Assembly: GCA_963667015.2 (NCBI GenBank)
Contig: CAXXJJ010000001.1
Span: 1,280,001 to 1,344,000 of the forward strand
Source of the DNA: Desulfatiglandales bacterium
Lineage (GTDB): Bacteria > Desulfobacterota > DSM-4660 > Desulfatiglandales > HGW-15
Length of the DNA: 64,000 nucleotides
Direction of reading: 5' to 3'
A program made the position numbers and the translations under genes. Below, one piece after another: positions 1 through 9,765 of the stretch. Below the pieces are notes generated by a model. That model saw nothing but the letters and a program-made list of their open reading frames with translations, did not search any database and was not told where the DNA came from. The number at the start of each line of letters is the position of its first letter. The stretch's first letter is position 1.

Positions 1-2
1 AC

Positions 3-992
3 AGAGGCAGGTTCCGATCCTTTGATACTGTTTATCTTGGAGGCGGGACACCGTCTATTCTTGATATCAGTACTATTTATAAAATACTCGGTCTAATAGA
101 GGAAAACTATAATGTTATTGAGAATGCGGAGATAACTATTGAAGCGAATCCGGGAGATCTGAGTTCAGAAAAAATTGCCGGAATAAAAGGCTCGGGAATC
201 AATCGAATAAATCTGGGGGTTCAATCATTTAATGATGATGAATTAATTTTTCTTGGAAGACTTCATAGAGGCATTGATTCCTGGAAAGTATTAAATGCGC
301 TTAGAAAGGCAGGCTTTGATAATATTGGTATAGACCTTATATATGGTCTAAAGGATCAATCCCTTGAAGACTGGCGGAAGACACTTGAAAGAGCAGTGTC
401 TTTTAATCCGGAACATATTTCCTGCTATCAGCTTACAATTGAAGGTAAAACTGTTTTTAATGCAATGAAAAGCAGGGGCGAGTTGAATGAACTTTCTGAG
501 GATAATGCCGCCAGATTCTTCCTTGAAACATCGGATTTTCTTGAACAGCAGGGCTATATGCACTATGAGGTTTCAAATTTTGCAAAAAGCCCGGATCGAA
601 GATCAAGACACAACATAAAATACTGGCAGCGCATACCATACCTGGGCCTTGGCCCTTCTGCCCATTCATTTGACAGGGAAAAAAGATGGTGGAATTACCG
701 CTCTGTTAAAAGATATTGTGCGAGCCTTGAATGTGGCAAAGAGCCGGTTGAAGAGTTTGAAATCCTGACAGAAGAACAGGAAATTCTTGAGAAGGTATCT
801 CTTGGACTGAGGACTGCAGAAGGGATTATTGCGGATGACCTTTCAGGTATATCCGGGGTTTATGAACGCATTGCAGGCCTGGAATCTACAGGTTATGTCA
901 GGATAAAGGGCAGCAGGGTGCTACCCACCAAAAAAGGAATGCTGGTCGCAGACCGGTTACCGCTTTTTATATTAGAACAGGATTGTTTGTAA
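3..992 (+). CDS. hemW: Radical SAM heme chaperone HemW/HemN-like (5' truncated by window edge)
   Basis: Frame is open upstream of the listed 396 start: FDTVYLGGGTPS, ITIEANPG, NRINLGVQSF, IDLIYGL, HISCYQLTIE, HYEVSNF, YLGLGPSAHS. Confidence 0.85.
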   Translation, partial: RGRFRSFDTVYLGGGTPSILDISTIYKILGLIEENYNVIENAEITIEANPGDLSSEKIAGIKGSGINRINLGVQSFNDDELIFLGRLHRGIDSWKVLNALRKAGFDNIGIDLIYGLKDQSLEDWRKTLERAVSFNPEHISCYQLTIEGKTVFNAMKSRGELNELSEDNAARFFLETSDFLEQQGYMHYEVSNFAKSPDRRSRHNIKYWQRIPYLGLGPSAHSFDREKRWWNYRSVKRYCASLECGKEPVEEFEILTEEQEILEKVSLGLRTAEGIIADDLSGISGVYERIAGLESTGYVRIKGSRVLPTKKGMLVADRLPLFILEQDCL

Positions 993-1030
993 AACTCGAG
1001 GTGACTGATGCGGGAAATCCAGGAAAAGAA

Positions 1031-1070
1031 AAAAACCCCGCCGCTATTAAAAAACGGCGGGGGTTTATGT
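1031..1070. terminator. Bidirectional intrinsic terminator between convergent genes
   Basis: AAAAACCCCGCCG-loop-CGGCGGGGGTTT with A/T tracts on both sides. Confidence 0.75.
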
Positions 1071-1084
1071 TTTTCAACTAAAAA

Positions 1085-2404
1085 CTACATTTCGGTTTCC
1101 GGATGAAATACTAGAACATCCCTGAGGTCATCGTTAAGATAGGTTCGTTCATTAGGGCCAAGAATGCCGAGAGACAGGCAGATCAGGGTCCAGAGGTGCA
1201 CGACGCCATATCCTTTGCCATAATGTTCGCTTAGCTCATGGATTTGAGCATGGCAGTTATGGCAGGCTGCGATACAGTAATCCGCTCCGGTTGTCTGGAT
1301 CTGCTGATCTTTTATCCGACCGTATTCCAGACGCGCATCCTTGAAGCCGGATTGCAGAAAGCCGCCGCCTCCGCCACAACAGAAATTATTGGATCGGTTG
1401 GGGTACATTTCGATAAAATTTTCTTCACCCACAATAGATTTGACCACAAATCGCAGGTCATCAGCTATGGGATCTCCATATGACTTACGCACGATCTGGC
1501 ATGGGTCCTGTACCGTGAACTTGATCTTCAGGTCTTTGTTCCAGTCAGAGTTGACCTTGAGTTTGCCTTCGCGGATCCATTTTGCGTAATATTCATAGAT
1601 ATTTTTTACGACAAAGCTGTGTTCGATGTTGAATTTTTTCAGTCCTGCCAGGACTGAGTAGGTGACGTGTCCTCACTCGCTGTTGAGGAACACCTTGCAT
1701 CCCAGATCCTCCGCCTGTTTGGCTGAAGTAGTGGTGACATGTTTCCAGGCGTCGTCATCAGAAAGGAACATGCAGTAGTTTTCAGCTGCCCATCCTTTCG
1801 AACCATAGGTCCAGTCAGCACCCACCAGGTGAAGAATTTTCCATAAAGGCACCATTTCATCAGGCTCGGTTACAGGCTCACGGGAATTCTGGTTGATAAA
1901 GAATTCTGCTCCCTGCTTGTCAATGGGAGCCTGCATTTCAGCAAACTCCGGCTGGGCTTCCTGGTATTCTTCCAAAACGTCTTCCACTACAAACTGGAAA
2001 TCCTCCGAAGTGGCGCCCATAGCCGAACAGCTATCGTTTTTAAGAGCCATATCGCATGAACCCAGAATACCCTTTGGCCGTTTTTCTCTTGGCCAGGAGG
2101 CGCGGGCGTTGTATACCAGTTGCGGAATATTGATTTCCATTGGACAGACGTGAATACAGCGCTGACACATGCTGCACATCCATACCCATGGAGTTGTTGT
2201 GACTTCTTCATCCATTCCCAGAGCTGCCATGCGCAAAAATTTGCGCGGGTCCATGTCTTCCAGACCTGTTGCCGGGCAGGCAGATGCGCATGCCCCGCAT
2301 GTCAGGCAAAGATTAAGATTACCCCCTTCAGGAAGGAGCTCTTTAACCTTCTTCATGAATGTGCTCTGTTTTTTACTGCCGAGTTTAATCGTTTCTTCAG
2401 CCAT
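1085..2404 (-). CDS. HdrD-like Fe-S oxidoreductase (2x[4Fe-4S] + CCG domains), selenoprotein with U244, 439 aa
   Basis: ORFs 1673-2599 and 1085-1492 are in the same frame, separated only by TGA 1673-1675 (FLNSE-U-GHVTYS); CxxCxxCxxxCP motifs, QDPC, CCGGGG, ACHNC; SECIS-like hairpin follows. Confidence 0.88.
1639..1657 (-). promoter_or_regulatory. Bacterial SECIS-like hairpin
   Basis: TCAGTCCT-GGC-AGGACTGA starting 15 nt after the in-frame TGA; G-containing apical loop. Confidence 0.8.
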
Positions 2405-2435
2405 TAAACAAACTCTCCATATTATTAGTTTTGTA

Positions 2436-4070
2436 TTACAATTTCTTGAGCTGGGCTTCAAATTCAGCCACAATGCGAGTAAAGTCGCTCGCCATATTGG
2501 AGGCCAGGGTTGCAAACCGCAGTCGTTTCCTGTCAAGCCCGACCTCGTCCAGTCTGCGCTGTGCGTCATTGACGCGCCATTGGGCATAGGTGTTGCCATG
2601 CTCGGATTTACAGTTGCCCGGATGACAGGCCAAAACCATTACACCGTCAGAGCCTTCTGCAAAGGCACTGAGGATATAATCAAGATCGATTTTACCGGCA
2701 CACGGCACCTGAATCAGGTGAAGGCCGTCGGACAGGGACATGCCAAACTCCTTCGCCATTTGCGCGGCTTCCAGTGCCGAATTCTGACAGCAGAAGGCGA
2801 CTATTTTTTGAACTTTTTCATCTTTTATACTGTTCTGTATCTGCCCATGAATAGTTGTATCGTTGAATTCGCCTATCTGGATTGCATCCATCGGACATTC
2901 GCTGGCACAGATGCCGCATCCCTGGCAGGCCAACTGAGAAATGATCGGTTTGTTATCTTTGCCCCAGTATATGGCTCCATGGGGACAGCAGCGGTAACAG
3001 GTAAGGCAGAAGGTGCATTTACCTGTATCCAGTACAGCCTTGTTGGCCGGTATCAGCCTTGTGCCGTCACCGAGCAGCTGGCTGATCTGTAAGGCAGCAT
3101 TTTCAGCATCCATACAGGCCTGATCCAGGGCCTTGACCTGTCGGCTCCCGCCGATCACAAAAATTCCTTCACGATTGGTGGTTACCGGGTAGCGATGCAC
3201 ATTATCGGCTTGTAAAAAGCCTTCGGAACCAAGGTCCAGGCGAAGCATGTCCGCCAGTTGAGCGTTGGCGCCATTAGCCTTCAGGGCTTCTTCAATAACC
3301 ACAATGTCAGCCTGTACACTGATGTCCTTTAAGATGACAGGGTCGTTGTAGGTGATGGATGCGCAGTCTTTCTGAGGTTCAATGGCCGGTGCCTGGGATA
3401 ACTTAAAAAACAGTACACCCTTGTCACGGGTCTGCAGATAGAGCCGTTCAAGATCTTCAGCGGCTACCTTAAGATCATTAACATATACATAAACATTTGT
3501 ATCATCCACCTGTGCCAACTCCAGGGCACTGCGCAGTACGCGTTCCATAACAAGCGGGTTGCCCGGTTGTCCGAAGCCGACCGCAAAGGCTGCTGTTTTA
3601 CCGGCGAATTTCTGCGGATCCGAGGCCAGGGATTGTTCCAGGCTGGATTGGGTTATAACGATATCGCTTATTTCAAGCCCGTAGGCTGCATTAAGCGGTT
3701 CGCGGATAAATTCGGATGCAACCACTATTGCACCGACACGTTTTTCAGCCTGTCCGGATAACGAGACTTTGTAATCACCGGCAACACCGGCAGCACATGT
3801 CAGGCTGGTCTGCTCCAGAATCTTGATATTATCTGATGATCGAACCTGGGCGATCAGTTTGTCAAGGATATCCATTTCAGCAGGGCTGTAGCAGTTGAGC
3901 GGCCTGGACTCGGCTGTAAGACCAACGGCCTCTCCGGGCTCGACAAGCAATACAGAGTAGCCCTGCTCTACAATGGCGTCTGCTGCAAGGATACCGGTCA
4001 GGCCTCCTCCGAGGACCAGGACATCGCTGGCTGTTTCAATTTTTTGTATATCTGTATTCGATTGATTCAT
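2436..4070 (-). CDS. HdrA-like FAD protein + 2x[4Fe-4S] + MvhD-like domain fusion (QmoB-like architecture)
   Basis: VLVLGGGLTG, CTFCLTCYRCCP, CQGCGICASECP, C-terminal VPCAGKID...ACHPGNC. Confidence 0.8.
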   Translation of the reverse strand: MNQSNTDIQKIETASDVLVLGGGLTGILAADAIVEQGYSVLLVEPGEAVGLTAESRPLNCYSPAEMDILDKLIAQVRSSDNIKILEQTSLTCAAGVAGDYKVSLSGQAEKRVGAIVVASEFIREPLNAAYGLEISDIVITQSSLEQSLASDPQKFAGKTAAFAVGFGQPGNPLVMERVLRSALELAQVDDTNVYVYVNDLKVAAEDLERLYLQTRDKGVLFFKLSQAPAIEPQKDCASITYNDPVILKDISVQADIVVIEEALKANGANAQLADMLRLDLGSEGFLQADNVHRYPVTTNREGIFVIGGSRQVKALDQACMDAENAALQISQLLGDGTRLIPANKAVLDTGKCTFCLTCYRCCPHGAIYWGKDNKPIISQLACQGCGICASECPMDAIQIGEFNDTTIHGQIQNSIKDEKVQKIVAFCCQNSALEAAQMAKEFGMSLSDGLHLIQVPCAGKIDLDYILSAFAEGSDGVMVLACHPGNCKSEHGNTYAQWRVNDAQRRLDEVGLDRKRLRFATLASNMASDFTRIVAEFEAQLKKL

Positions 4071-5260
4071 TATGAGGCCCTCCTCAAATACTTGATCACC
4101 TCACTGGCGGCCTGGCCTGCGTGGGATACAGAATCGGCAATGGTTTTCGGTCCTTGAACGGTTCCGGCAAGGAAAATACCCTTTTGGTCCGTAGCAGTGA
4201 CGTTCAATTTATCGGTGCTGGCGGCAAATCCATCCGGGGACAACTGGATGTGCAGAAGATCTGCCAGGACAGCATTGTCGATACCGGGCATGATGCCCAC
4301 GGACAATACTACCAGATCAAATTCTGCTTCCACGGGTTTGCCGTCGGTTTCGCTCATATACCGGGTGCGGATACGATCTCCTTCTGCCTCATACATATCA
4401 ATGGGAATTGTACGTACAAAATTTAATTCATCCCGGCACTTCTGGTAAAAGCTGGAAAAGTTATTACCGGTGTTCTGGATATCCATATAGAAGACCGTGA
4501 TGTTCGCGTCCGGATCCTGGTGCTTCATATCCATGGCCATGCGAAGGGCATAGGGGCAGCAGACCTGTGAACACCACAGATGCCCGAGACGTTCATCCCG
4601 GCTGCCGACACACTGAATAAATGCAATTTCCTTTGCCGGCTTTCCGTCTGACGGACGCAGAAAGTATCCGGTGGTCCGTTGTATCCGTTCCAGATCCAAC
4701 CCGCTGACGACATTTGCCAGTGCATCATAGTTGTAGGTGGACTTCTGGTTCGGATCAAAAGGCACAAAGCCTGTGGCCCATACAACAGCGTCTACTTCCA
4801 GTTTCTCTGTTGTCTGACATATACCGGGGTCTAATTGACCGTCGGCTGTCCTGTAGGTTGCGTTGTGCCTGGAAAAACCCCTGGCCGCAGCACATTCCAC
4901 CGGATTTTTATCATAACCTTTCTGGCAATTTTTAAATGTATCGGATTTGTCGGTTATGGCAACCCTGGCCAATTTTACATCAAAACGCGGGCTGCCGGAT
5001 ATTTGCTCGACTTCACTGGCCAGATGTACCCGTATGCCGGGATCCCGGACTACATCTTTGAGCACGCTTTCCACAGTGCAGGCCCCGCATTGCTGACAGC
5101 TGTCAGTAGCCTTGCAGGCATATTGGATGGCGTGACCACCAAGGAAGTCGGCCTTTTCAACGAGTTCTACCTGGATACCGCTGCGGGAAAGATCCCGGGC
5201 TGCACTCAACCCGGCGATACCGCCGCCGATAACCATGACTTTTTTCGCTTCCGTACTCAC
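4070..5260 (-). CDS. HdrA-like flavoprotein lacking the ferredoxin insert (QmoA-like size)
   Basis: VIGGGIAG, FIQCVGSRD, CSQVCC, FYMDI, GIFLAGTVQGPKTI. Confidence 0.85.
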   Translation of the reverse strand: MSTEAKKVMVIGGGIAGLSAARDLSRSGIQVELVEKADFLGGHAIQYACKATDSCQQCGACTVESVLKDVVRDPGIRVHLASEVEQISGSPRFDVKLARVAITDKSDTFKNCQKGYDKNPVECAAARGFSRHNATYRTADGQLDPGICQTTEKLEVDAVVWATGFVPFDPNQKSTYNYDALANVVSGLDLERIQRTTGYFLRPSDGKPAKEIAFIQCVGSRDERLGHLWCSQVCCPYALRMAMDMKHQDPDANITVFYMDIQNTGNNFSSFYQKCRDELNFVRTIPIDMYEAEGDRIRTRYMSETDGKPVEAEFDLVVLSVGIMPGIDNAVLADLLHIQLSPDGFAASTDKLNVTATDQKGIFLAGTVQGPKTIADSVSHAGQAASEVIKYLRRAS

Positions 5261-5309
5261 TAGCTTACTCCTTTAAAATGGATGGTTCATTCGGATAAAA
5301 CCCGACCTC

Positions 5310-6233
5310 TTATACCGTTGGCCGGGGCAACATGCCTGCGCGCTCAGCGATCTCCGGCACCTTGTGTTCCCATTCAATAGCCATCAGGTGAATTCCGGCA
5401 ACGCCTTTCATTTCTTTGAATTCTTCAATCTGCTCGCAGGCGATCCGGATGCCCTCATCAGCGACATTCTTTCTATCAACGCCTTTAAGACGTTTAATAA
5501 TATCTTCCGGAACATCCATGCCAGGCACCTGGGTCTGCATGTATCTTGCCATACCTATGCTTTTCATCGGGGTAACACCTGCAAGTATGTACACCTGCTC
5601 GGTTAAGCCCATATCATTGGCCTGTTTAACCCATTCGCGCATTTTATCCATATTATAGATACACTGGGTCTGAATGAAGTCTGCGCCTGCCTTGACCTTC
5701 TTTGCCAGCCGGTGTACACGCCATTCGAAAGGTTCGGCAAAGGGATTGGCTGCCGCGCCTATGAAAAGCTTTGGCGGTTCGGTGATATCAGCTCCGGATT
5801 GGAATTTGCCTTCATCACGCATGGCCTTGACCATGGCAATTAATTGGGTGGAATCGATGTCAAACACGCCCTTGGCCTGCGGATGATCACCAAATTGCTG
5901 GTGATCTCCTGACAGACAGAGCATATTGTGAATGCCCAGGGCATAAGCGCCGAGGATATCTGCCTGCATGGCCAGTCGGTTGCGGTCGCGGCAGGTCATC
6001 TGGTAATTGGGTTCCAGACCTTCCTGGATGGCAATCAATGAAGCGGCCCAGCTGGCCATACGAACCATGGCAGTCTGGTTGTCGGTGATATTAACAGCGT
6101 CTACATTGCCGAGCAGGTGTTTGGCCTTTTCACGTACAGCGTCCACACTGGAGCCACGGGGAGGTCCCAGTTCCCCGGTAAAGGCAAAATGTCCGGCGCG
6201 TAGAATTTTTTCTAACGTGCTTGCTGATTTCAT
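5310..6233 (-). CDS. metF: Methylenetetrahydrofolate reductase catalytic subunit
   Basis: TGELGPPRG, NITDNQ, TCRDRNR, LCLSGDH, GADFIQTQ. Confidence 0.92.
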   Translation of the reverse strand: MKSASTLEKILRAGHFAFTGELGPPRGSSVDAVREKAKHLLGNVDAVNITDNQTAMVRMASWAASLIAIQEGLEPNYQMTCRDRNRLAMQADILGAYALGIHNMLCLSGDHQQFGDHPQAKGVFDIDSTQLIAMVKAMRDEGKFQSGADITEPPKLFIGAAANPFAEPFEWRVHRLAKKVKAGADFIQTQCIYNMDKMREWVKQANDMGLTEQVYILAGVTPMKSIGMARYMQTQVPGMDVPEDIIKRLKGVDRKNVADEGIRIACEQIEEFKEMKGVAGIHLMAIEWEHKVPEIAERAGMLPRPTV

Positions 6234-6271
6234 AGGGTTCTTACCTCGCCTATTATAAAGTTCGCGTAAAA

Positions 6272-6955
6272 TTACTTTTCTTTAAATGCCTGAATCCGTT
6301 CTTCATAGCCCGGTTGTATGAGTGTGCGCGGTGCCTGATTGCGCCAGTCATTTGCCGGATGAATTTCCATAATATTGGCCAATCGGCCTTGTTTGGACAG
6401 ACGCTCATGAATTCGGTACCATGCGCAGGGCTGGTTGACATTGATTTCGCAACTTTTATTGTTTGTGCCGCCGCAGGGCCCGTTAAAAAGGCTCTTTGCG
6501 CACATGGTTACCGGGCAGATACCGGCAGTCAGGCCAAGGACGCAGGTTCCGCAGGCACGGCATTTTTCTTCATACCAGCCCACATCCCGGTTGGCCCCTA
6601 TAAAGCTGGTATCAACGGCAGGAAAAACAGGTTTTTCCGGAAAGCGTTCGGCCAGAAACTGAATGCCTGCTCCGCAGGCCATGGATAATAATGCATCATA
6701 TTGACCAACTATGTTGTCCAGTTCTTCGAGAAATTCCATGTCGCACTGGCGCTCTACTGTATGAGCGCCCAACTCGATCGGCGCACCATCCAGTTTTCGA
6801 GCTATTTTCAGCTCAGAATTCAACACGCCGACTTCCTTTTCGCCGCCGGCCAGGCAGACCGCCACACAGGTGCCGCAGCCAACCGTCAGTACTTTCTGAT
6901 AGGGTGCTACAAGGGATTTGATTTCTTCGAAGGGTTTTCGTTCCGCAACAATCAT
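6272..6955 (-). CDS. metV: Methylene-THF reductase Fe-S/Zn subunit MetV
   Basis: GCGTC, RQCD, ACGAG, CRACGTC, ICPVTMCAKSLFNGPCGG, CAW; adjacent to metF. Confidence 0.9.
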   Translation of the reverse strand: MIVAERKPFEEIKSLVAPYQKVLTVGCGTCVAVCLAGGEKEVGVLNSELKIARKLDGAPIELGAHTVERQCDMEFLEELDNIVGQYDALLSMACGAGIQFLAERFPEKPVFPAVDTSFIGANRDVGWYEEKCRACGTCVLGLTAGICPVTMCAKSLFNGPCGGTNNKSCEINVNQPCAWYRIHERLSKQGRLANIMEIHPANDWRNQAPRTLIQPGYEERIQAFKEK

Positions 6956-6998
6956 GGATATCCTCCTAATATGCTATAAGCGCATTTTTATGCGGTAG

Positions 6999-7016
6999 TT
7001 GTGAAAAAATTCACTT
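6999..7016. promoter_or_regulatory. Putative Rex (NADH/NAD+ sensor) operator
   Basis: TTGTGAA-AAAA-TTCACTT versus consensus TTGTGAA-N4-TTCACAA; lies just downstream of the metV promoter. Confidence 0.65.
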
Positions 7017-7027
7017 TTTGCGGGGGG

Positions 7028-7056
7028 AGTATAAGAGGTTGCGTGTTGTATGTCAA
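7028..7056 (-). promoter_or_regulatory. sigma70 promoter of the metV operon
   Basis: Minus strand TTGACA-N17-TATACT. Confidence 0.75.
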
Positions 7057-7252
7057 GAAATCACTTTATTGTCAGTAAGATTTTATAATTCTTTATAGTG
7101 AGTATTATAAAAAGGTGAAATCTTATGATTAAATGTCATTAAATATGATATATTTGGTAACACTGATTAAATAATAAGAAAAATTGTTACAAAAAAAGGG
7201 GAACTGATTACCGGGCAGATACCCCATTTTATCAATTATAACTGAATTATCT

Positions 7253-7660
7253 TCACCGTCTGTGACATTCCCCGCACATTAAAGGACCTTTTCCTTCCTC
7301 CCTGTGACAGTCCTGGCAGCCGGAATGGAAAGCCTGCAGCAAAGGGATTTTATACTCTTCATTCACCTTTAAGGGATGACATTCGATACATCTTTTATTT
7401 TCCGAAGATTTATCCTTTATCAGTACTCCATTTTCATATACATGATGGCACTTTTCGCATTCAATCTCAAGATCCAGATCATGAAAGTCATGATCAAAGG
7501 AAGAGGGCGGTTGCTGGACGTTCTCAAAATCTGCACTGTTTAAAAAGGTTATTGATTTACAGTCATTCAGGGTACTGTATCCTAATACGGCGGCTATTAT
7601 CAGTGCAAAAAGGATCGAGATTTTTAACTCCACTTTATTCTCCTTTATCCAGACATTCAT
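7253..7660 (-). CDS. tmcA: Tetraheme cytochrome c3 (TmcA-like)
   Basis: N-terminal hydrophobic segment, four CxxCH motifs (CEKCH, CIECH, CQDCH, CGECH), located in tmc cluster. Confidence 0.75.
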   Translation of the reverse strand: MNVWIKENKVELKISILFALIIAAVLGYSTLNDCKSITFLNSADFENVQQPPSSFDHDFHDLDLEIECEKCHHVYENGVLIKDKSSENKRCIECHPLKVNEEYKIPLLQAFHSGCQDCHREEGKGPLMCGECHRR

Positions 7661-8969
7661 ACAGGATATCTATTATAAACTTAACTTCCATCCCAAGCTC
7701 ATAATAATGAACGATATCTTCAAGCCCGCTGTGGCAGTTATGACATGGAGCTATAACTACTGGAACGCCTGTCGCTTCAAGCTGTTCCGCCTTAATCCTG
7801 TTGCCTGTAACCCTTTTCTTTTTATAGGGGGGACCGCAATTTATAACACCTCCTCCTGCGCTGCAGCAGTAATTAAGTTCCCTGTTTGGATGCATCTCAA
7901 CTAAATTTGTGCAAAGCTGGTTTACGACATACCTTGCTTTTTCATGCAGCCCCCTTCCCCTAACTACATTGCATGGATCGTGAAGGGTTACCGGTTTATC
8001 ATATTTTTTAGCCAGTTTTATTTTGCCGGCCTTAAAAAGATCATAGTAGAATTCGATTGCATGAACCATCGGAATGGGGGGCATCCTCCAGCTCAGGGAT
8101 CGGTTACCCATATCATAAACAGAACGAAAGGCATGCCCGCATTCACCCATGACAATTTTTTTGACCTTGAGTCTGGCAGCAGTTTCAAAATGTTTCCGCT
8201 TGAGACGGGCCATAATCTCATTGTCACCGGTAAACATGGCCATGTCGCTGTTATCCCAGCCGGGTGTTGCGGGCATTGTCCAGTCAACACCTGCAACGTT
8301 CATTAGAACCGCGGCCTCATAGATAAGCCCTGCCTGAAATTTTGGCTCGGGAGCAATCACCGAATACATTATGTCTGCGCCTTCCTTTTCAAGGGGGATC
8401 CTGAGGCTGGGTATTTCCTCCCTTGCCTCGTCCTCCTGCCATTGGAGTGTGTCGACCCACTCGTTTTCCTTTACCCACATCTGGTTCATAGTGGCCGAAT
8501 GGCTGTTTACAGTGTCCTGGATATATAATGGCGTCATCTCCAGTTTATGGATTATTCTCCTGACCACCATCATAAGATATGCTATATCGATACCAAAGGG
8601 GCAGTACATGGAACATCTTTTACAGAGGTTGCATTCCGTGTGGGCAATTTCTGCTGCCCTCTTTAAAAACTCTGGTGATACCTTTCCCTTTTTTTTGATC
8701 ATTTCCCACAGTGTCTGTTTTACTTTGCCTACGGGTGACCAGTGAGGATCATTGTCCTTTGAAATGTAAAAATGACATGCATTGGAACAAAGCCCGCAAT
8801 GTACACAGGTATCGATATACATTCTTAACCTTGCGCCGGTTTCTCCCTGAAGAACCTGTTTTATTACCGACTCTATTTTTTCGGGCGTAAGATTCGCGAT
8901 CCCCTGGGCCATACCCTCATCAAGTATCTCCGCATCTTTATTTTCTGCTGACTGTATCGCTTTGCTCAT
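7635..8969 (-). CDS. tmcB: TmcB (HdrD/HmcF-like Fe-S CCG protein)
   Basis: CVHCGLCSNAC, CNLCKRCSMYCP, MGECGH, HDPC, CCSAGGG, PCHNC. Confidence 0.85.
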   Translation of the reverse strand: MSKAIQSAENKDAEILDEGMAQGIANLTPEKIESVIKQVLQGETGARLRMYIDTCVHCGLCSNACHFYISKDNDPHWSPVGKVKQTLWEMIKKKGKVSPEFLKRAAEIAHTECNLCKRCSMYCPFGIDIAYLMMVVRRIIHKLEMTPLYIQDTVNSHSATMNQMWVKENEWVDTLQWQEDEAREEIPSLRIPLEKEGADIMYSVIAPEPKFQAGLIYEAAVLMNVAGVDWTMPATPGWDNSDMAMFTGDNEIMARLKRKHFETAARLKVKKIVMGECGHAFRSVYDMGNRSLSWRMPPIPMVHAIEFYYDLFKAGKIKLAKKYDKPVTLHDPCNVVRGRGLHEKARYVVNQLCTNLVEMHPNRELNYCCSAGGGVINCGPPYKKKRVTGNRIKAEQLEATGVPVVIAPCHNCHSGLEDIVHYYELGMEVKFIIDILYECLDKGE

Positions 8970-9035
8970 ATTTTTCTCCTGTTTTCCAGGATCTGTTGTT
9001 TTACCAGTGTAAATTCAAAAAGCCTGCTATCGACC

Positions 9036-9695
9036 TTACCAGTCGCGTGCAAAACGAACTCCTCCGAATTCAGAACCGGTATATGCCCTTGATATTAAGC
9101 CAAATACCATATGTATAAATCGGGTAAAGGGTATTGCCATAAGCATAATCTGACCGGTTATTATATGGATAAGTAGAACATATGAATAACCGGGAAACTG
9201 GTATGCTGACCATAATCCGGTAATAAAGGGGAGTGCAGCTATAAGAAGAAGGATATAATCGGAGAGTGTAGTTACAAATCTTACTTCCGCCCTGACTATC
9301 CTTCTGACCAGAAAAAACACACACCCTGCGATAACAATAATGGACATAATATCAGCAAGGATTTTAGGCAGGGCCCAGTAACTTATATTGAAGGCCTCAT
9401 TTAAAAGTACTATATGTGCCATCAGAAAGATTGGTACAATAAGCAGGCAAATATGAAATGCAAAGCCTACCACTGTTATTGCACGTTGTTCGCGCATATT
9501 GGTAGCTGCAAAGGGTATTACCCAGTGTAAGATGGATCTCAGCCCGTATTTAAGGCTGAAAAAGGAGAACATAAAGGATTCCTTTTTTTGAGCGAGCCTT
9601 AAAAAACGATAGATTTGATAAATAACCCCGACAATAAAAATTACAAAACTGATCCACATCATTGGCCCTTTAAGGAAAAAATAGACATTGTACAT
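9036..9695 (-). CDS. tmcC: TmcC membrane cytochrome b (NarI/HmcE-like)
   Basis: Multiple TM helices, FHI, AH, IHI, IPFTRFIH; C-terminal GSEFGGVR..RDW. Confidence 0.82.
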   Translation of the reverse strand: MYNVYFFLKGPMMWISFVIFIVGVIYQIYRFLRLAQKKESFMFSFFSLKYGLRSILHWVIPFAATNMREQRAITVVGFAFHICLLIVPIFLMAHIVLLNEAFNISYWALPKILADIMSIIVIAGCVFFLVRRIVRAEVRFVTTLSDYILLLIAALPFITGLWSAYQFPGYSYVLLIHIITGQIMLMAIPFTRFIHMVFGLISRAYTGSEFGGVRFARDW

Positions 9696-9765
9696 TTTAA
9701 ACTCCCTGTAAGATCAAATCCGCTGCTTTTAGTTTAATATTAAATAAACTGATAAGCTTTATTAA

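Noticed and set aside
1673..2599. ORF-track protein of 308 aa with a long N-terminal extension
   Set aside because: The extension overlaps the upstream hdrA/mvhD gene; the paralog and an RBS support a start at 2404, and the TGA is better read as Sec.
2169..3092. 307-aa plus-strand ORF, and similar antisense ORFs such as 40777-41754
   Set aside because: Antisense shadows of well-supported minus-strand genes; no motifs.
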